DNA of 64,000 nucleotides from an uncultured delta proteobacterium (GCA_963737905.1 CAVTUQ010000002.1:288001-352000), one strand, 5' to 3'; positions 22,336-33,416 are shown, counted from the first letter of the stretch. A program made the numbers and translations. Notes: generated by a model not told the origin, from the sequence alone.

Positions 22336-23241
22336 CTACGCATTCATGCTGACGAGATCGATTGCGCAGGGGGAGGTCTCGAGGAAATTCCAGCTCTTCA
22401 TCCAATCGTAGGTGCGCTGGAGCTCATCGGGGGGGATCGGCGCGGGATCGACCAAATAGAGGCGGCTCTCTCGCAGATCGTCGATGGTGAGCTGACTAAT
22501 CTGCGGATCACGGTCGCGATAGTAGTCGATGAAGTAGTGGAGATAGGCGCGCCTGTTCGCCATGATGCGACGGACGGCCTCGCGGATCGCGCGGTTGAAG
22601 GCGGCGTAAGTTTCAGCGTCGACACGTTCGGAGGCGACGTCGGTGCCGTGGTGGAAAGCCGAGATGACGACGCGGCAGCCCATTTTCTCAGCCAAGGAAA
22701 TATAGGGCTCTGTGAGGGTCGTCGCTTCGATGGTCTTGTCCATGAGCATCTTGAAGCGGAAGTTCGAGCCGTTTGGCACGCGTCCGATCTTGATCATCTC
22801 CCGCGGCACGAAGCCTTCCAGCATCTGCAGGCAGAGATAATGCGTACCGCTATACATGGGGACGCCGATGGGCACGTTGGCGAATTGCTGCGGCGTCTGC
22901 ACCTGCGAATCCGCGCGAACGATGATCCCGGCAAAATTCACCATGGAACGGCGGCCCATCTGCCGGCTGCTGACGTTGGTGGTTTCAACGCGCGAGTAAT
23001 TGCCCCATTCGCAAGCGTTGTAGAGGTCGGCCTGGCCCGATTCCATCATGCGGCCATGGCTCACGAAGCGCGAGGCGTCCTTATGATCCGTGATGTGCAT
23101 CTGCGGGCTCTTGTCGACGCCCTTCTCACGGTCCATCCACTCGATGTGGAGGCCTTCCTTCTCGAACAGGCCCTCGTCGTAGGCCACGAGCTCGGCCAGT
23201 CCTTGGAACGGGGCAGTGGTTTCCAATCGCAGTGTTTTCAT
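22336..23241 (-). CDS. NitT/TauT-like substrate-binding protein (no obvious signal peptide)
   Basis: ELVAYDEGLFEKEGLHIEW; type II periplasmic-binding-like pattern. Confidence 0.7.
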   Translation of the reverse strand: MKTLRLETTAPFQGLAELVAYDEGLFEKEGLHIEWMDREKGVDKSPQMHITDHKDASRFVSHGRMMESGQADLYNACEWGNYSRVETTNVSSRQMGRRSMVNFAGIIVRADSQVQTPQQFANVPIGVPMYSGTHYLCLQMLEGFVPREMIKIGRVPNGSNFRFKMLMDKTIEATTLTEPYISLAEKMGCRVVISAFHHGTDVASERVDAETYAAFNRAIREAVRRIMANRRAYLHYFIDYYRDRDPQISQLTIDDLRESRLYLVDPAPIPPDELQRTYDWMKSWNFLETSPCAIDLVSMNA

Positions 23242-23338
23242 AGACTCCTCCCAGAGGGGCGTTGGCTAAGTTATCCTCTATACAATGGCTGGCATTCCAA
23301 CCTCTGTCAATCGCCCTTGCGGATCGCAAGCGAAGGCG

Positions 23339-24184
23339 TCAACTCGCCTTCGGTTGCGGGATTTCCGCCGGCCAATTCGCGATGTAAACCGGTTCCGGCG
23401 GAAAGCCCAAGACGTTGAGATAGAGATACTCTCGCCACGCGGGAAAGAACCGCACGTTCTCCACCGGTACGTTAAAATACTTGCGTAGAAACTCTCGGCG
23501 AGGAGGGTCGAAAACCGTGCGCGGACGGCTGTTCAGCGCCTCGCGTTCGATCTCGCCGATACGCCGGCGGATCGGCGCTTCGCCGTAGATTTCGATCTGT
23601 TCCCAAACATGGTCGTGGACTTTCTGCAGGATCGCGTCATGGTGGCTGCGCTCTTCGGCGTGCACGACGCGCTCTTCGAAGTCGAGCAAGTTGGGCGTGG
23701 TGATCTGAATACTCTGGATGCTCGCCGCGGTGCAGTGGCCGTAGGGCCAGAGATTGCCGGAAAAGATGTAGCTCAAAAAATCTCGCTTCATGATCTGATG
23801 GTGCTCGGTGCGCGTCGTCAGGCCGTATTGACGCTCGAATTCGGGGTCCGGTTTGGAGTGGTCGCGGCTTGGGTCGATGGCGTTGGCCTGGCGGATATAG
23901 CCCCAGCCGTGCCCGGACTCGGTGCCGATATGCTCACCGAGATGGTAGCGCCACTCGGCATCCATCTCGAAGTGCGACATGGCGTAGCATGCCGTGCCGA
24001 CGGTGACTTCCAACTCGTCGCGGCCGCGATGTGCGAGCCAGCGCGCCAAACGCTCGCGCTCCTCATCGTCCTTGGGCGGACGCTTGATGTTGTCGCGGCT
24101 TTTGCGGAACGCTTCCAGCTCTGCGCTGATCGGGTTGTTTTCGCTGTAGGTGATTTTCTTTCCAACGCCTCGAATATCGGCCAT
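23339..24184 (-). CDS. Hypothetical protein, probable ferritin-like diiron fold
   Basis: ExxH motifs ESGH and ERSH in a helical protein; GGAGGGAG RBS. Confidence 0.55.
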   Translation of the reverse strand: MADIRGVGKKITYSENNPISAELEAFRKSRDNIKRPPKDDEERERLARWLAHRGRDELEVTVGTACYAMSHFEMDAEWRYHLGEHIGTESGHGWGYIRQANAIDPSRDHSKPDPEFERQYGLTTRTEHHQIMKRDFLSYIFSGNLWPYGHCTAASIQSIQITTPNLLDFEERVVHAEERSHHDAILQKVHDHVWEQIEIYGEAPIRRRIGEIEREALNSRPRTVFDPPRREFLRKYFNVPVENVRFFPAWREYLYLNVLGFPPEPVYIANWPAEIPQPKAS

Positions 24185-24202
24185 GACTCCCTCCTGAGAT
24201 TT

Positions 24203-25240
24203 CTATTTTGTCGCATAAAGCGAGCGCACAAACCCCTCTCTATCGATGTGTTCGAGCAAACTCATGTCCAGAACCCCGAACGGGTCACGATGGGGCAGCG
24301 CCGGTGAAAGTTTGACGACCGTCTCGATCGCTTCCCTGGGTACGATCGGTAAACGCTCGTAGAGCGTCACCACCCGTTGATAAACTTCGTCGATCGCTTC
24401 CGGATCGGTGAGCCGCATATTTCGGCTGATGGTCCTCTTTGCCATATCCGGATTGCTCACCGCAAGTTTGACGCCGTGCAGAATCCCTTTGAGAAAGCGC
24501 TCCAGCGCCGCAGGCGATTTTTCCAGCACCGCGCGGGTCGTAACCACGGATGTAAACGGGCAGGAAATTCGCTGCGTCGCCAGATCCATGAGCATGCGAA
24601 AGCCGTGCTGTCTCGCCTTGATGGTCTCGGGCACCGACAGCAACGCGGCGTCGACCACGCCGGTAAACAACGACTGCGAGATGAGCCCGATGCGGCCGAA
24701 GGCAATCAGTTTCACGTCGCGCATCGGATCGAAGCCGATGCGCTGCATCAAGATCGCCGCAGCCAGGTTGAGCGATGTGCCGGGCGGCGTGTTGGCGATC
24801 ATTTTCCCTTTGAGATCATTGATCTGCGTTATCTCCGGCTTCGTCCAAAGCTGATAGGGCACGGTGTTGATAAGCCCGCCGATGATGCGCATCTCCAGCC
24901 CCTTGAGATACGCGCTTAGCGCCTGGCCTCCGCCGACGATGGAGACATCGAGGCTCTTGGCATCGAGCGCTCGAATCATGGTGGTGCCCGCAGCCTGGGT
25001 CAATTCGACGTGCACGCCGTAAAGGTCGAAGAGTTTCTGTTCGACCGCCAGCGAGCCCGCCAGTTGCGTGGCGGTGGCGCCGGAATAGCCCAACCGAAGA
25101 GTTTCGGCGGCGTAGGCGGCGGCTTTGGGCGCGAAAATCAACGCCGCGACGAGAAGAGTCGTAGTTGGCAGGGCGGAAAAAGAGAGGTAATTCTTCAGCT
25201 CTTTGCTCCATCGATATGGGCTTGATTTAAACCCAAGCAT
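24203..25240 (-). CDS. NitT/TauT ABC substrate-binding protein
   Basis: Signal-like N-terminus, LRLGYSG, INDLKGK, VDAALLS.P. Confidence 0.85.
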   Translation of the reverse strand: MLGFKSSPYRWSKELKNYLSFSALPTTTLLVAALIFAPKAAAYAAETLRLGYSGATATQLAGSLAVEQKLFDLYGVHVELTQAAGTTMIRALDAKSLDVSIVGGGQALSAYLKGLEMRIIGGLINTVPYQLWTKPEITQINDLKGKMIANTPPGTSLNLAAAILMQRIGFDPMRDVKLIAFGRIGLISQSLFTGVVDAALLSVPETIKARQHGFRMLMDLATQRISCPFTSVVTTRAVLEKSPAALERFLKGILHGVKLAVSNPDMAKRTISRNMRLTDPEAIDEVYQRVVTLYERLPIVPREAIETVVKLSPALPHRDPFGVLDMSLLEHIDREGFVRSLYATK

Positions 25241-25353
25241 TGGCGTGCTGACCGCACTCCCATTCTAATGCGCTTCTAGCACGGCGAGGGAGCGATTGGA
25301 ACTGTGATTATGAGGACCTCACCGAGGCACCGGTCAATCAATTCACATCTAAA

Positions 25354-26649
25354 CTACGCAGGTTTCGTTGGCGGTCTCAGGCAGAGACTGAGCACCGCGG
25401 AGGTGAATAGCATGGCGATGAAGATACTGAAGGACAATTGGTAGCTATCGGTGTAGTCGAAGAGCAGCCCGAAGAATGGCGGGCCGCCGGCGGAGAAAAT
25501 GCTTGTCACCAACAAGCCCATGCCGCGGATTTTTCCGAGCGAGATGCGTCCGAAAAAATCGGCCCAGATGGTTTCCGCCAGGATCGCGGTGCCGCCCATG
25601 CCGATGCCGTAGATAAAAAAGCCGGCATAGAGCGGCATCATTCCGGGCAGCAGGAGCGCCACCAACAGGCCGGCGCCTTGGAGCGCGCATTTGGCCATAT
25701 TGAGGATGCCGTTATCCATGCGGTCGGCGAGCGTGCCCCAGACGATCGGCGTGCTGAACTGCATGATCGCGATGATGCTCATCACCGACGCGGCCACCAG
25801 GGTTGGATGGCCTTGATCGGTGACATAAGAAAACACATGGAGATTGAGTCCGGTGACGCCGATCTGGGCGACGCCGAAGGTGCTGGCGATGAGCCAGAAG
25901 ACCGGCGTGCGCAGCGCTTCGCGCCGGCTCCATTCGACATCGTCGGCGCCGGTGCGCTTGGCGTGGCGGGGTTTTTTGGGCGTTGGGACTTCCGCTTTCG
26001 ACTCCTCTGGCGCGCCGTCCGGCAGCAATCCCATTTCTTCCGGAGACCGGCGCATAAACAACAACGCCGGCACGACCACCAACAGCAAAGCGAAAACGCC
26101 GAAGACTACCCAAGCGCCGCGCCAGCCGACGTAAAGCATCAGCGTCGCAGCCGCCACCGGCATGCAGACCTTGGCCAAGCCATGGCCCATGCTGGCGATG
26201 GCCAGGGCGCGGCCGCGCATGCGCACGAACCAGCGCGAGATCGAAACGTTGACCACCATGGACCCCATCAACGAATCGCCGGGACTGATGAGCAGCCACC
26301 GCATCAGCATGAACTGGGTGAAATCTCGCGCCTGACCGAGACAGATAAAGCCGGCGCCGGAAATTAGCCCGCCGGCCGCCATCAACCAGCGCCCGCCGTA
26401 GCGATCCATCAAAGTGCCGATCACCGGCGCCGCCGCCGCGCCGATGAGAATCTCGCCCGACCGGATCAGCGAAAAGGTTCCGCGGGAAATACCGAGATCG
26501 GCCGACAACGGTTTGAGAAAAACCGCCAGTGTACTGGAGATCGAAAATGCCGAAGCGATGAGGGCGAGAAAGCCGACGACGACGATGACCCAGCCGTAGT
26601 AGAGAGACTTTTTCTTTGCCGGTTGCTCGAGCAGAGGTAAAAAGGACAT
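25354..26649 (-). CDS. MFS transporter
   Basis: YYGWVIV, GTLMDRYGGR, RWFVRMRGRAL, ~12 hydrophobic segments. Confidence 0.92.
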   Translation of the reverse strand: MSFLPLLEQPAKKKSLYYGWVIVVVGFLALIASAFSISSTLAVFLKPLSADLGISRGTFSLIRSGEILIGAAAAPVIGTLMDRYGGRWLMAAGGLISGAGFICLGQARDFTQFMLMRWLLISPGDSLMGSMVVNVSISRWFVRMRGRALAIASMGHGLAKVCMPVAAATLMLYVGWRGAWVVFGVFALLLVVVPALLFMRRSPEEMGLLPDGAPEESKAEVPTPKKPRHAKRTGADDVEWSRREALRTPVFWLIASTFGVAQIGVTGLNLHVFSYVTDQGHPTLVAASVMSIIAIMQFSTPIVWGTLADRMDNGILNMAKCALQGAGLLVALLLPGMMPLYAGFFIYGIGMGGTAILAETIWADFFGRISLGKIRGMGLLVTSIFSAGGPPFFGLLFDYTDSYQLSFSIFIAMLFTSAVLSLCLRPPTKPA

Positions 26650-26936
26650 CCCTCGCTTGTAGCAAGGATCGCGGCGAAACTACAAGGCGAGCGGAAGTAG
26701 TGCTAACCTAAAATCAAAGGCGGCGCAGCGGGGTTGAACTCGCGGGGTACGCCGGCGAAACGAGGGTCATAAGCAAACAAGCAAAGCCTGACGCTCTGGG
26801 ATTCCGTTTCCAAGCCAAATCCCCCGCACTCGGCCGCCGCCGAGCGATCTAAGCACACGGTAACCCAACTGATAGATTTGGCGTTTGGTCGAAGGTTTGG
26901 ATAGTATCGAGCCAACATGCAGTGAAGGGAAAATCT

Positions 26937-28115
26937 ATGTGGAATGGATATAAAGTCATCGATGCGGATGCCCACATGCACGAACCTCGCGACATGTGGG
27001 AGAAATACGTGGAGCCTAAGTACCGGGCGCAAACTCCCAAAGTCGCCTACATGAACGGCACATTCATGGTTTACGAGCCGGATGGAAAGATCGTTCCGAA
27101 AGATGAAAGGCAGGTCAAAGGTCCGCCGAAGGAATCGTTCAAAATAATGGAGGAAAGATACGGCGATGCCTTTCGAACGTGGTGGGCGCCGCCAACCCGG
27201 ATCAAGGACATGGATCGATACGGCTGGGATATTCAAGTGCTTTTGCCTACCGGCAGCAACGGAAACTTCGGTTGTTCCGTAGCCCTGAAGGATGCCGATC
27301 TAGGCGCCGCGCTGTGCCGGGCCTATAACAATTGGGCGCATGATTACTGCGCTTTGGACTCCAATCGGCTCAAGTTCATCGCCGTAGTTCCGGGGGCCAA
27401 TGTCGACGAGATTGTGAAAGAAGCGAAACGAGCGGTGGAAGAGCTCGGAGCGGTCTCGATCAGGAACCCATTGTTGCCTAAGGGCAAATGGTTGCACGAG
27501 AAGGAGTATGACGCACTGTGGCAAATCGCTTGTGAGTTGGATTTTCCCATCGCAGTCCACGGTGAGTACCGTTATCGGTTCCAGCCTTTCCGCGGGTTTC
27601 GCGTTGTGGAGCAAAGCGGCTCAAGTAGAGAGGCGGCTCACGACTTCCAAGCCTTGCGCGGCGTCGATCATGCGATAGGATTTCCTTGCGACAACATGGT
27701 GACGATGGGCCATTTCATTTTCACGGGAATACTGGAGCGGTTTCCCAAACTGCGTCTCGCGATTCTCGAATCGAACGCTGGCTGGTTACCCTTTTGGCTC
27801 GGACGGATGGATGTCCACTCGCACGGCCGTTACAGCGTTATGGGTAAGCCAAAAAATATCTCCATGCTGCCGAGCGAGTATTTCATCCGCCAGTGCACGG
27901 TGGCTTGCGACAGCGATGAGAGTGCCTTGGGATATGCGGTCGAGCATCTAAAGGGAGACTGTATCGTTTGGAACACCGACTATCCTCATCTCGACGGAAT
28001 CGAGCCGGCGAAAGCGCTGCCCGAGTTCAACGCTCAACCGATTTCCGATGACGCTAAGCGAAAAATTCTTTGGGACAATGCGGTCAAGCTCTATGGACCA
28101 AGACTCGTGATGTAA
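26937..28115 (+). CDS. Amidohydrolase_2 family protein
   Basis: IDADAH, RAYNNW, ERFPKLR..LESNAGW, TDYPH. Confidence 0.9.
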   Translation: MWNGYKVIDADAHMHEPRDMWEKYVEPKYRAQTPKVAYMNGTFMVYEPDGKIVPKDERQVKGPPKESFKIMEERYGDAFRTWWAPPTRIKDMDRYGWDIQVLLPTGSNGNFGCSVALKDADLGAALCRAYNNWAHDYCALDSNRLKFIAVVPGANVDEIVKEAKRAVEELGAVSIRNPLLPKGKWLHEKEYDALWQIACELDFPIAVHGEYRYRFQPFRGFRVVEQSGSSREAAHDFQALRGVDHAIGFPCDNMVTMGHFIFTGILERFPKLRLAILESNAGWLPFWLGRMDVHSHGRYSVMGKPKNISMLPSEYFIRQCTVACDSDESALGYAVEHLKGDCIVWNTDYPHLDGIEPAKALPEFNAQPISDDAKRKILWDNAVKLYGPRLVM

Positions 28116-28361
28116 ATTGTCTACGACTCTCATAAGGAGGTTCGAGTTCCGAGATGCTAATCCCCCGTCGGCGCGATTCCAACGCTCTGAAGACACGATC
28201 ACGGAACACGAACCCCGCCGTAAAACGATTGAAACCGAGCGAATCGATGGAACTCTTCGAGAGACTCGGGGCCGGCTTTTGGAAGCGATGGGAACAATGG
28301 ATTTTGGAATACCTTCAGTAACAGCTATTCCCCCCGCGTACCGAGACCGAGTAGTGCCGCT

Positions 28362-29384
28362 ATGAAAGTTCGCATCGCCCAGTTTGTGCACGCCACCCAC
28401 GATGTGGTGGACGAAGCTTTTCTGCGGGAATTTCCCGAAATCGAAGCGGCAAAAGCCAACAGCCTGCAAACCCTGTCCGATGCGCTCGCCGGCGCGGAAA
28501 TCTTGCACGTCTACAATTCCGCCTTCACGCCGGAGTTCGCGAGGCTGGTGCGGGACAAGGGTCGGGCGCTCAAGTGGATACAGTTCACGACTGTAGGCAT
28601 CGATGTCGCGCTTAGAGCGGGGCTGCCCGAGGGTGTCTGGGTCACTAATAGTGGCGACGTGAGCCAGCGGGTGCTGGCCGGCCACGCCATCGCCCTGATG
28701 CTGGGCGTCATGAGGGGCTTTCGCCGGTTCGAGCCCTTGCGTGGGCAACGTGATTGGGCACGGCAGGCCATGCCTCGCTACATGATCGCGCCCGATGGCG
28801 CGCGCATGGTGATCCTCGGCATGGGCCGCATCGGTCAGGACATCGCGCGCAAGGCCAAGGCATTCGACATGGAGGTGATCTGCGTCACCCGCGCGCCCGC
28901 CCCCGCCGTGCCCGAGATCGACCGCGTGGTGCCTCGGGAAAAGGTGGACGAGGTGCTTCCCGCCGCCGACGTGGTAATGATCGCGATGCCGCTCGACGCC
29001 GGCACCCAGGGATTTCTGAGCGCCGAAAGGATCGCGCTTATGAAAGAGACGGCGGTCCTCGTAAATATCTCCCGCGGCAAGGTCGTGGACGAGGCGGCGC
29101 TGGCCCGCGCCCTAGCGGAGGGCCGCATCATGGGGGCGGGGCTTGACGCTTTCGCCAAAGAACCGTTGCCCGAGGCGAGCCCGTTCTGGGAACTTCCCAA
29201 CGTGCTGATGACGCCTCATGTGGGCGGCAACGGCGGGCGCGAATTGTGGCGGCGGATGAGCGAACTCGTGCGCGATAACACGCGCCGCTATCTTTCGGGT
29301 GCGCCGCTCAAACACGTGGTCAGAACGCCCGACGGAACGCTCCAAGGCTTTGAAAACCTACAGGCGGGCAACTCACAGGGATGA
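28362..29384 (+). CDS. D-2-hydroxyacid dehydrogenase
   Basis: GMGRIG, NISRG.VVDE.AL, LDAF..EPLP, TPHVGG. Confidence 0.92.
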   Translation: MKVRIAQFVHATHDVVDEAFLREFPEIEAAKANSLQTLSDALAGAEILHVYNSAFTPEFARLVRDKGRALKWIQFTTVGIDVALRAGLPEGVWVTNSGDVSQRVLAGHAIALMLGVMRGFRRFEPLRGQRDWARQAMPRYMIAPDGARMVILGMGRIGQDIARKAKAFDMEVICVTRAPAPAVPEIDRVVPREKVDEVLPAADVVMIAMPLDAGTQGFLSAERIALMKETAVLVNISRGKVVDEAALARALAEGRIMGAGLDAFAKEPLPEASPFWELPNVLMTPHVGGNGGRELWRRMSELVRDNTRRYLSGAPLKHVVRTPDGTLQGFENLQAGNSQG

Positions 29385-29446
29385 GGATTCGGTGAGCCAC
29401 GATCCGAAGGTGGTTTCAGGATCTCACTTGAGTCAAGACTTGATCC
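29379..29446 (+). repeat. HUH-end repeat copy R0 (short, internally deleted)
   Basis: GGATGAGGATTCGGTGAGCC...TGGTTTCAGGATCTCACTTGAGTCAAGACTTGATCC; supplies the stop of the upstream gene. Confidence 0.75.
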
Positions 29447-29497
29447 TGAGCCATCACTTTTGAGCTAAAGCCTCCCTGCAATGAACCTCGATGCCTT

Positions 29498-30268
29498 CTA
29501 TACCGCGCTGTAACCACCGTCGATGAAGACGACCTGGCCGCAGATCAAGTCCGCAGCCGGCGATGCCAGGAAAAGAACTAAGTCTGCAATCTCCAGCGGC
29601 GTCCCGAATCGATGAAGTGGAATACGCGCTTTCACGGGCGCGCTCTTCTCCTCGTCACCCCAGGCCATCTTTCCCATATCGGTGAGGACGACGGTGGGCG
29701 CAACAGCGTTCGTCTGGATATTGAATGGCCCCCATTCGGCAGCCATGACGCGCGTCAACATGTTCAGCCCGCCCTTGGAGGAGCTGTAGGCGGCATGTCC
29801 CTCGCATCCGACCTTGGCAGCCAGAGACGAGACATTGATGATCTTGCCACGCCGCTGTGCGATCATTCCAGGCGCGACGAGCTGCGCCAGCAAGAATGGC
29901 GCCCGGAGATTGACGGCCTGAGTCTCCTCCCAGTGTTCGACCGTGGTCTCGAGCAGACTCTCGCGATGAAAGACACCGGCGTTGTTCACGAGGATGTCCA
30001 CCGTTCCTAGGAACTCGATGGCCCGGGTGCCGGCGGTGCGCGGGCCATCGACTGTCCCCAGGTCCGCCTGAATTGCGACGCACCGGCGACCCTTGCCGGC
30101 GATGGCTTGCCTCGTCGCTTCGAGGCCCTCCGCATCTCTGCCCACGATGGCAACATCGGCTCCGGCGTCGGCGAAATCGGTCGCGATCTCCACGCCGATG
30201 CCCCGCGAGGCGCCCGTGACCAGAGCCTTTTTGCCCTGAAGGCTGAATCGACTGGCGCGGTCAAGCAT
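29498..30268 (-). CDS. SDR family oxidoreductase
   Basis: TGASRGIG, NNAG, YSSSK, DGG. Confidence 0.93.
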   Translation of the reverse strand: MLDRASRFSLQGKKALVTGASRGIGVEIATDFADAGADVAIVGRDAEGLEATRQAIAGKGRRCVAIQADLGTVDGPRTAGTRAIEFLGTVDILVNNAGVFHRESLLETTVEHWEETQAVNLRAPFLLAQLVAPGMIAQRRGKIINVSSLAAKVGCEGHAAYSSSKGGLNMLTRVMAAEWGPFNIQTNAVAPTVVLTDMGKMAWGDEEKSAPVKARIPLHRFGTPLEIADLVLFLASPAADLICGQVVFIDGGYSAV

Positions 30269-30441
30269 CGGCTGAAATCTCCGGGAGCTCACGGGACCTT
30301 AGGGAATCATTCATCAAGCCACCGCCTGCCTCAAAAAGTAAAAAGATTTGAAGAAAAATCCATTTTAAGTGGTGTATATCGAAATACTAAAATCCCATTA
30401 CGAACTACATATGCGCAATTGACTCTAAGAGGTATATAGTA

Positions 30442-30600
30442 ATGACTCTTCCCGTACCAGATATTTCCAAAAATCTATTCGACTTAAACGGTTTCTGCAG
30501 TATCGTTACCGGCGTCGGAAAGGGGATCGGCTTGACCTATCCCGAGCGCTCGCTCACGACGGAAGTGACCTCGTCCTTGTAGGCCGGAGGTCCACTCCGT
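30442..30600 (+). pseudogene. SDR N-terminal remnant
   Basis: MTLPVPDISKNLFDLNGFCSIVTGVGKGIGL then frameshift to RALAHDGSDLVLVGR; truncated. Confidence 0.6.
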
Positions 30601-30623
30601 GGCCAAGGCTTTTGTGAGGTCGC

Positions 30624-32591
30624 CTAGTTCATGCTGGGCGCCCCCGTGGCGAGCCGAATTTTCTCCGACACTTCTGCAGCCTCGTGGCTGGCCGAGAACA
30701 CGTTGCGTGGCGACGCCGCGTCGCCAATTTTGTAGACCATCGCCCTCACGCCTGCTCGTTGAAGGTCCTCCGCGAGCCCAAACTGTGAGACGCGGCCGCC
30801 GATCACGACCGCATCGACGGCCAACTCGCTCACGCTGCCCTTGCTCTGTATTTTCACGCGCTTGCCGGTCAGCAACTCGGCCGTGGTCTCCGGGTGAACC
30901 ACGATCCGGTCGTTCTCCGCGAGTTGGTTGGCGAGGAAGAGTGCCGTGATAGGCGCTTTATCATCGGCCAAGGCCGCGGCCGAGGTGATGATATGAACTT
31001 TGACCCCCTGCCGAGCGAGATACTGAGCGGCGTGGCAGCTTGCGTGGTCACCGCCCAGCATGGCGACTTCGCCGATCCATTCGCCTGCAGGGCGGTCCAT
31101 TGCAGAAAAAATATTGAACACCGGCACGCTGCAATCTTCTTTGTCAGCCCGGAGAGTGCCGCCACGCGCTCCCGTGGCGACGACCACCACGTCGGGATCC
31201 ATGGCTTTCACGTCTTCGACGCTGACCGAAGAACCCATGACGACGGGCACGTTCAATTTATTCAACTGAAGGCTCAACCAGTCGGCGAGGGCGCCATGGT
31301 CGGGCTGGACTCGGCGGCTGTAGCGGATCTGACCGCCGAGAGTCTCTGAAGCCTCGTGGATCGTAACATTCTGACCTTGTCTTTTCAGCATGCGGGCCGC
31401 ATGCATGCCCGCAATCCCGCCTCCGACCACCAGGAGGCGAACGGGTGAGGAGACGGTCTTGATAGACCGGGAGGTCTCGAATGTGGTCTGCGGGTTGGCC
31501 GCACATCCGTTCGGCACGCGGGCCACGGTCCTCTCGAGGCACGTGTTGCAGCCGATACAGGGCAGAATTTCCTGAGGTCGCGCCTCGATCAGCTTGCGCA
31601 CGTAATGCGGATCGGCGTGGAAGGCGCGGGTCAGCGTAATGTACTCGAAGCCTTCTTTCTCCATAACTGCACTGGCGAATTCCGGATCATTGAGCCGTTG
31701 CGCGACACTTACCGGCACGCGGTCGCCGACGACCTTTCGGATTGCGGCCGCATGCGGCACGAATCCTCCCTTGGGAGACTCGGGACCCTGAAACATCTTG
31801 GCCGCCGACTCATAGGTGCCACCGGCGACGTCGATCAGGTCGATGCCGGCGTCGGCCAGCATGTTACAGAACGCCGCGCTCTCTTCGATCTCTAATCCGC
31901 CTTCCACGAACTCGACTGCCGAAATGCGGTACCCGATCGGGTAATCCTTGCCGACCACCGCACGAAGAGCGACCAATATCTCGAGCGCGAACCGCGCACG
32001 ATTCTTCAGCGAGCCACCGTACTCGTCCGTCCTTCGATTGGAGTGCGGGGATAGGAACTGGCCGATGAGGTAGCCGTGCGCGCCGTGGATGTGAATCATG
32101 TCCACCCCGGCCTCGAGACAGCGGTGCACCGCCTTAACAAAGGCTTCGATGACAATCTCAATGTCCTCATGAGTCATCTCACGCGGCACGGAGCCCGGAT
32201 CGATGAACGTGCATGGCACGACGGAGGGGGCGATCGGCTGGCGCTGACTGGCCGTGATCGATGCCTGGCGTCCGCCGTGATTGAGTTCCATCGTGAGCTT
32301 GGCCCCGTGCTCGTGGATGGCGTCGGCGATCTTGCGGAGCCCCGGAATGACGGCGTCGTCGTGGCAACCGACTTGGAACGGGTTCCCACGCCCTTCGGGT
32401 CTCACATAGATCGACTCGAGCTGAATCAGCGCTACGCCGCCTTTCGCCCGCTCCCGGCTGTAATGGATGTAACGCTCGTTTAAGGTGCCATCCAGGTTTG
32501 CCATCGCCTTTTCCATGGGCCCGGCGATGAACCGGTTTCGCATCTCCATGCCGTTGATCTTGCCGGGACGAAGAAGGTTTTCGAATGCCAT
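30624..32591 (-). CDS. NADH:flavin oxidoreductase (OYE domain + Fe-S + FAD domain; 2,4-dienoyl-CoA reductase-like)
   Basis: HGAHGYL..QFLSP..N.RTDEYGGS, CIGCNTC...C, GGGIAG. Confidence 0.9.
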   Translation of the reverse strand: MAFENLLRPGKINGMEMRNRFIAGPMEKAMANLDGTLNERYIHYSRERAKGGVALIQLESIYVRPEGRGNPFQVGCHDDAVIPGLRKIADAIHEHGAKLTMELNHGGRQASITASQRQPIAPSVVPCTFIDPGSVPREMTHEDIEIVIEAFVKAVHRCLEAGVDMIHIHGAHGYLIGQFLSPHSNRRTDEYGGSLKNRARFALEILVALRAVVGKDYPIGYRISAVEFVEGGLEIEESAAFCNMLADAGIDLIDVAGGTYESAAKMFQGPESPKGGFVPHAAAIRKVVGDRVPVSVAQRLNDPEFASAVMEKEGFEYITLTRAFHADPHYVRKLIEARPQEILPCIGCNTCLERTVARVPNGCAANPQTTFETSRSIKTVSSPVRLLVVGGGIAGMHAARMLKRQGQNVTIHEASETLGGQIRYSRRVQPDHGALADWLSLQLNKLNVPVVMGSSVSVEDVKAMDPDVVVVATGARGGTLRADKEDCSVPVFNIFSAMDRPAGEWIGEVAMLGGDHASCHAAQYLARQGVKVHIITSAAALADDKAPITALFLANQLAENDRIVVHPETTAELLTGKRVKIQSKGSVSELAVDAVVIGGRVSQFGLAEDLQRAGVRAMVYKIGDAASPRNVFSASHEAAEVSEKIRLATGAPSMN

Positions 32592-33125
32592 AGTCTCCTC
32601 CGATCGCAGCTCGAGTGCCGTTGGGTTTCGATTAACATGGGCACTATTGCTTCGATACCCGTTCAGCCCCATCGAGTCAGTTTTGATGACGCACTCTAAG
32701 TTACGCGCACGAATGCGCGGTGAGAATGATAGGCATTTGGTGTCCTAAAGTATCAAATTGTATCATCGTCGCTCCTCATGGGTTCGATTAGTTAATATTA
32801 ATTTCTATGGAAGAATTACGAATCACATCCTGCACAAAGTTGCCCTGGAACTTTCTCACGACCTCGTTTTCGGTAAAACTCACATGGCTCGACATGTACA
32901 TGTGACACTGAGAAGAAGTCAAATGAATTGGATGCCGTTGACCTTCCTCTATCACGACGATCGGCAGCAACTTCCTCAATGATTAACATTTCGATCACCC
33001 AAGACTCCAACCCGAGATTCAGCGATGTGGCGCTGGGCGCCAACGCCAGCGAGTCGTGGAAAGGTGTTGCGGTTGTTGGATTCCGCGCGATTTGATGCGA
33101 TAAAAAAGAACCGCTTGGAAGGAAT

Positions 33126-33416
33126 ATGAAAGCCAGTATTCGCCGCATAGCCGCCATTGCATTTTTTGTACTTGCCGCGCCGCTTGCCAGCGCGGACTCT
33201 TCCGCCCCTTCTCACTCATGTCGCAAACCAACTAAACCCGCTGAGATCAAGACCCAACAGGAAGCAGACAAATTCAACGAGGCTGTAAGCAATTACAAAT
33301 CCTGTATCGAGGACTTTGTCCGACAGCAGCAGGATGCCGCCATGAACCACCAACGTGCGGCGAGTCAGGCGGTCACTGAATGGAATGAATTCGTGACCAA
33401 CGATATGAAACAGTAG
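33126..33416 (+). CDS. Small secreted hypothetical protein
   Basis: Signal peptide ending ASA, two Cys, helical; GAAGGA RBS. Confidence 0.7.
   Translation: MKASIRRIAAIAFFVLAAPLASADSSAPSHSCRKPTKPAEIKTQQEADKFNEAVSNYKSCIEDFVRQQQDAAMNHQRAASQAVTEWNEFVTNDMKQ

Noticed and set aside
32700-33000. AT-richer stretch with short ORFs as an sRNA or gene
   Set aside because: No recognisable motif, structure or RBS; cannot be supported from sequence alone.
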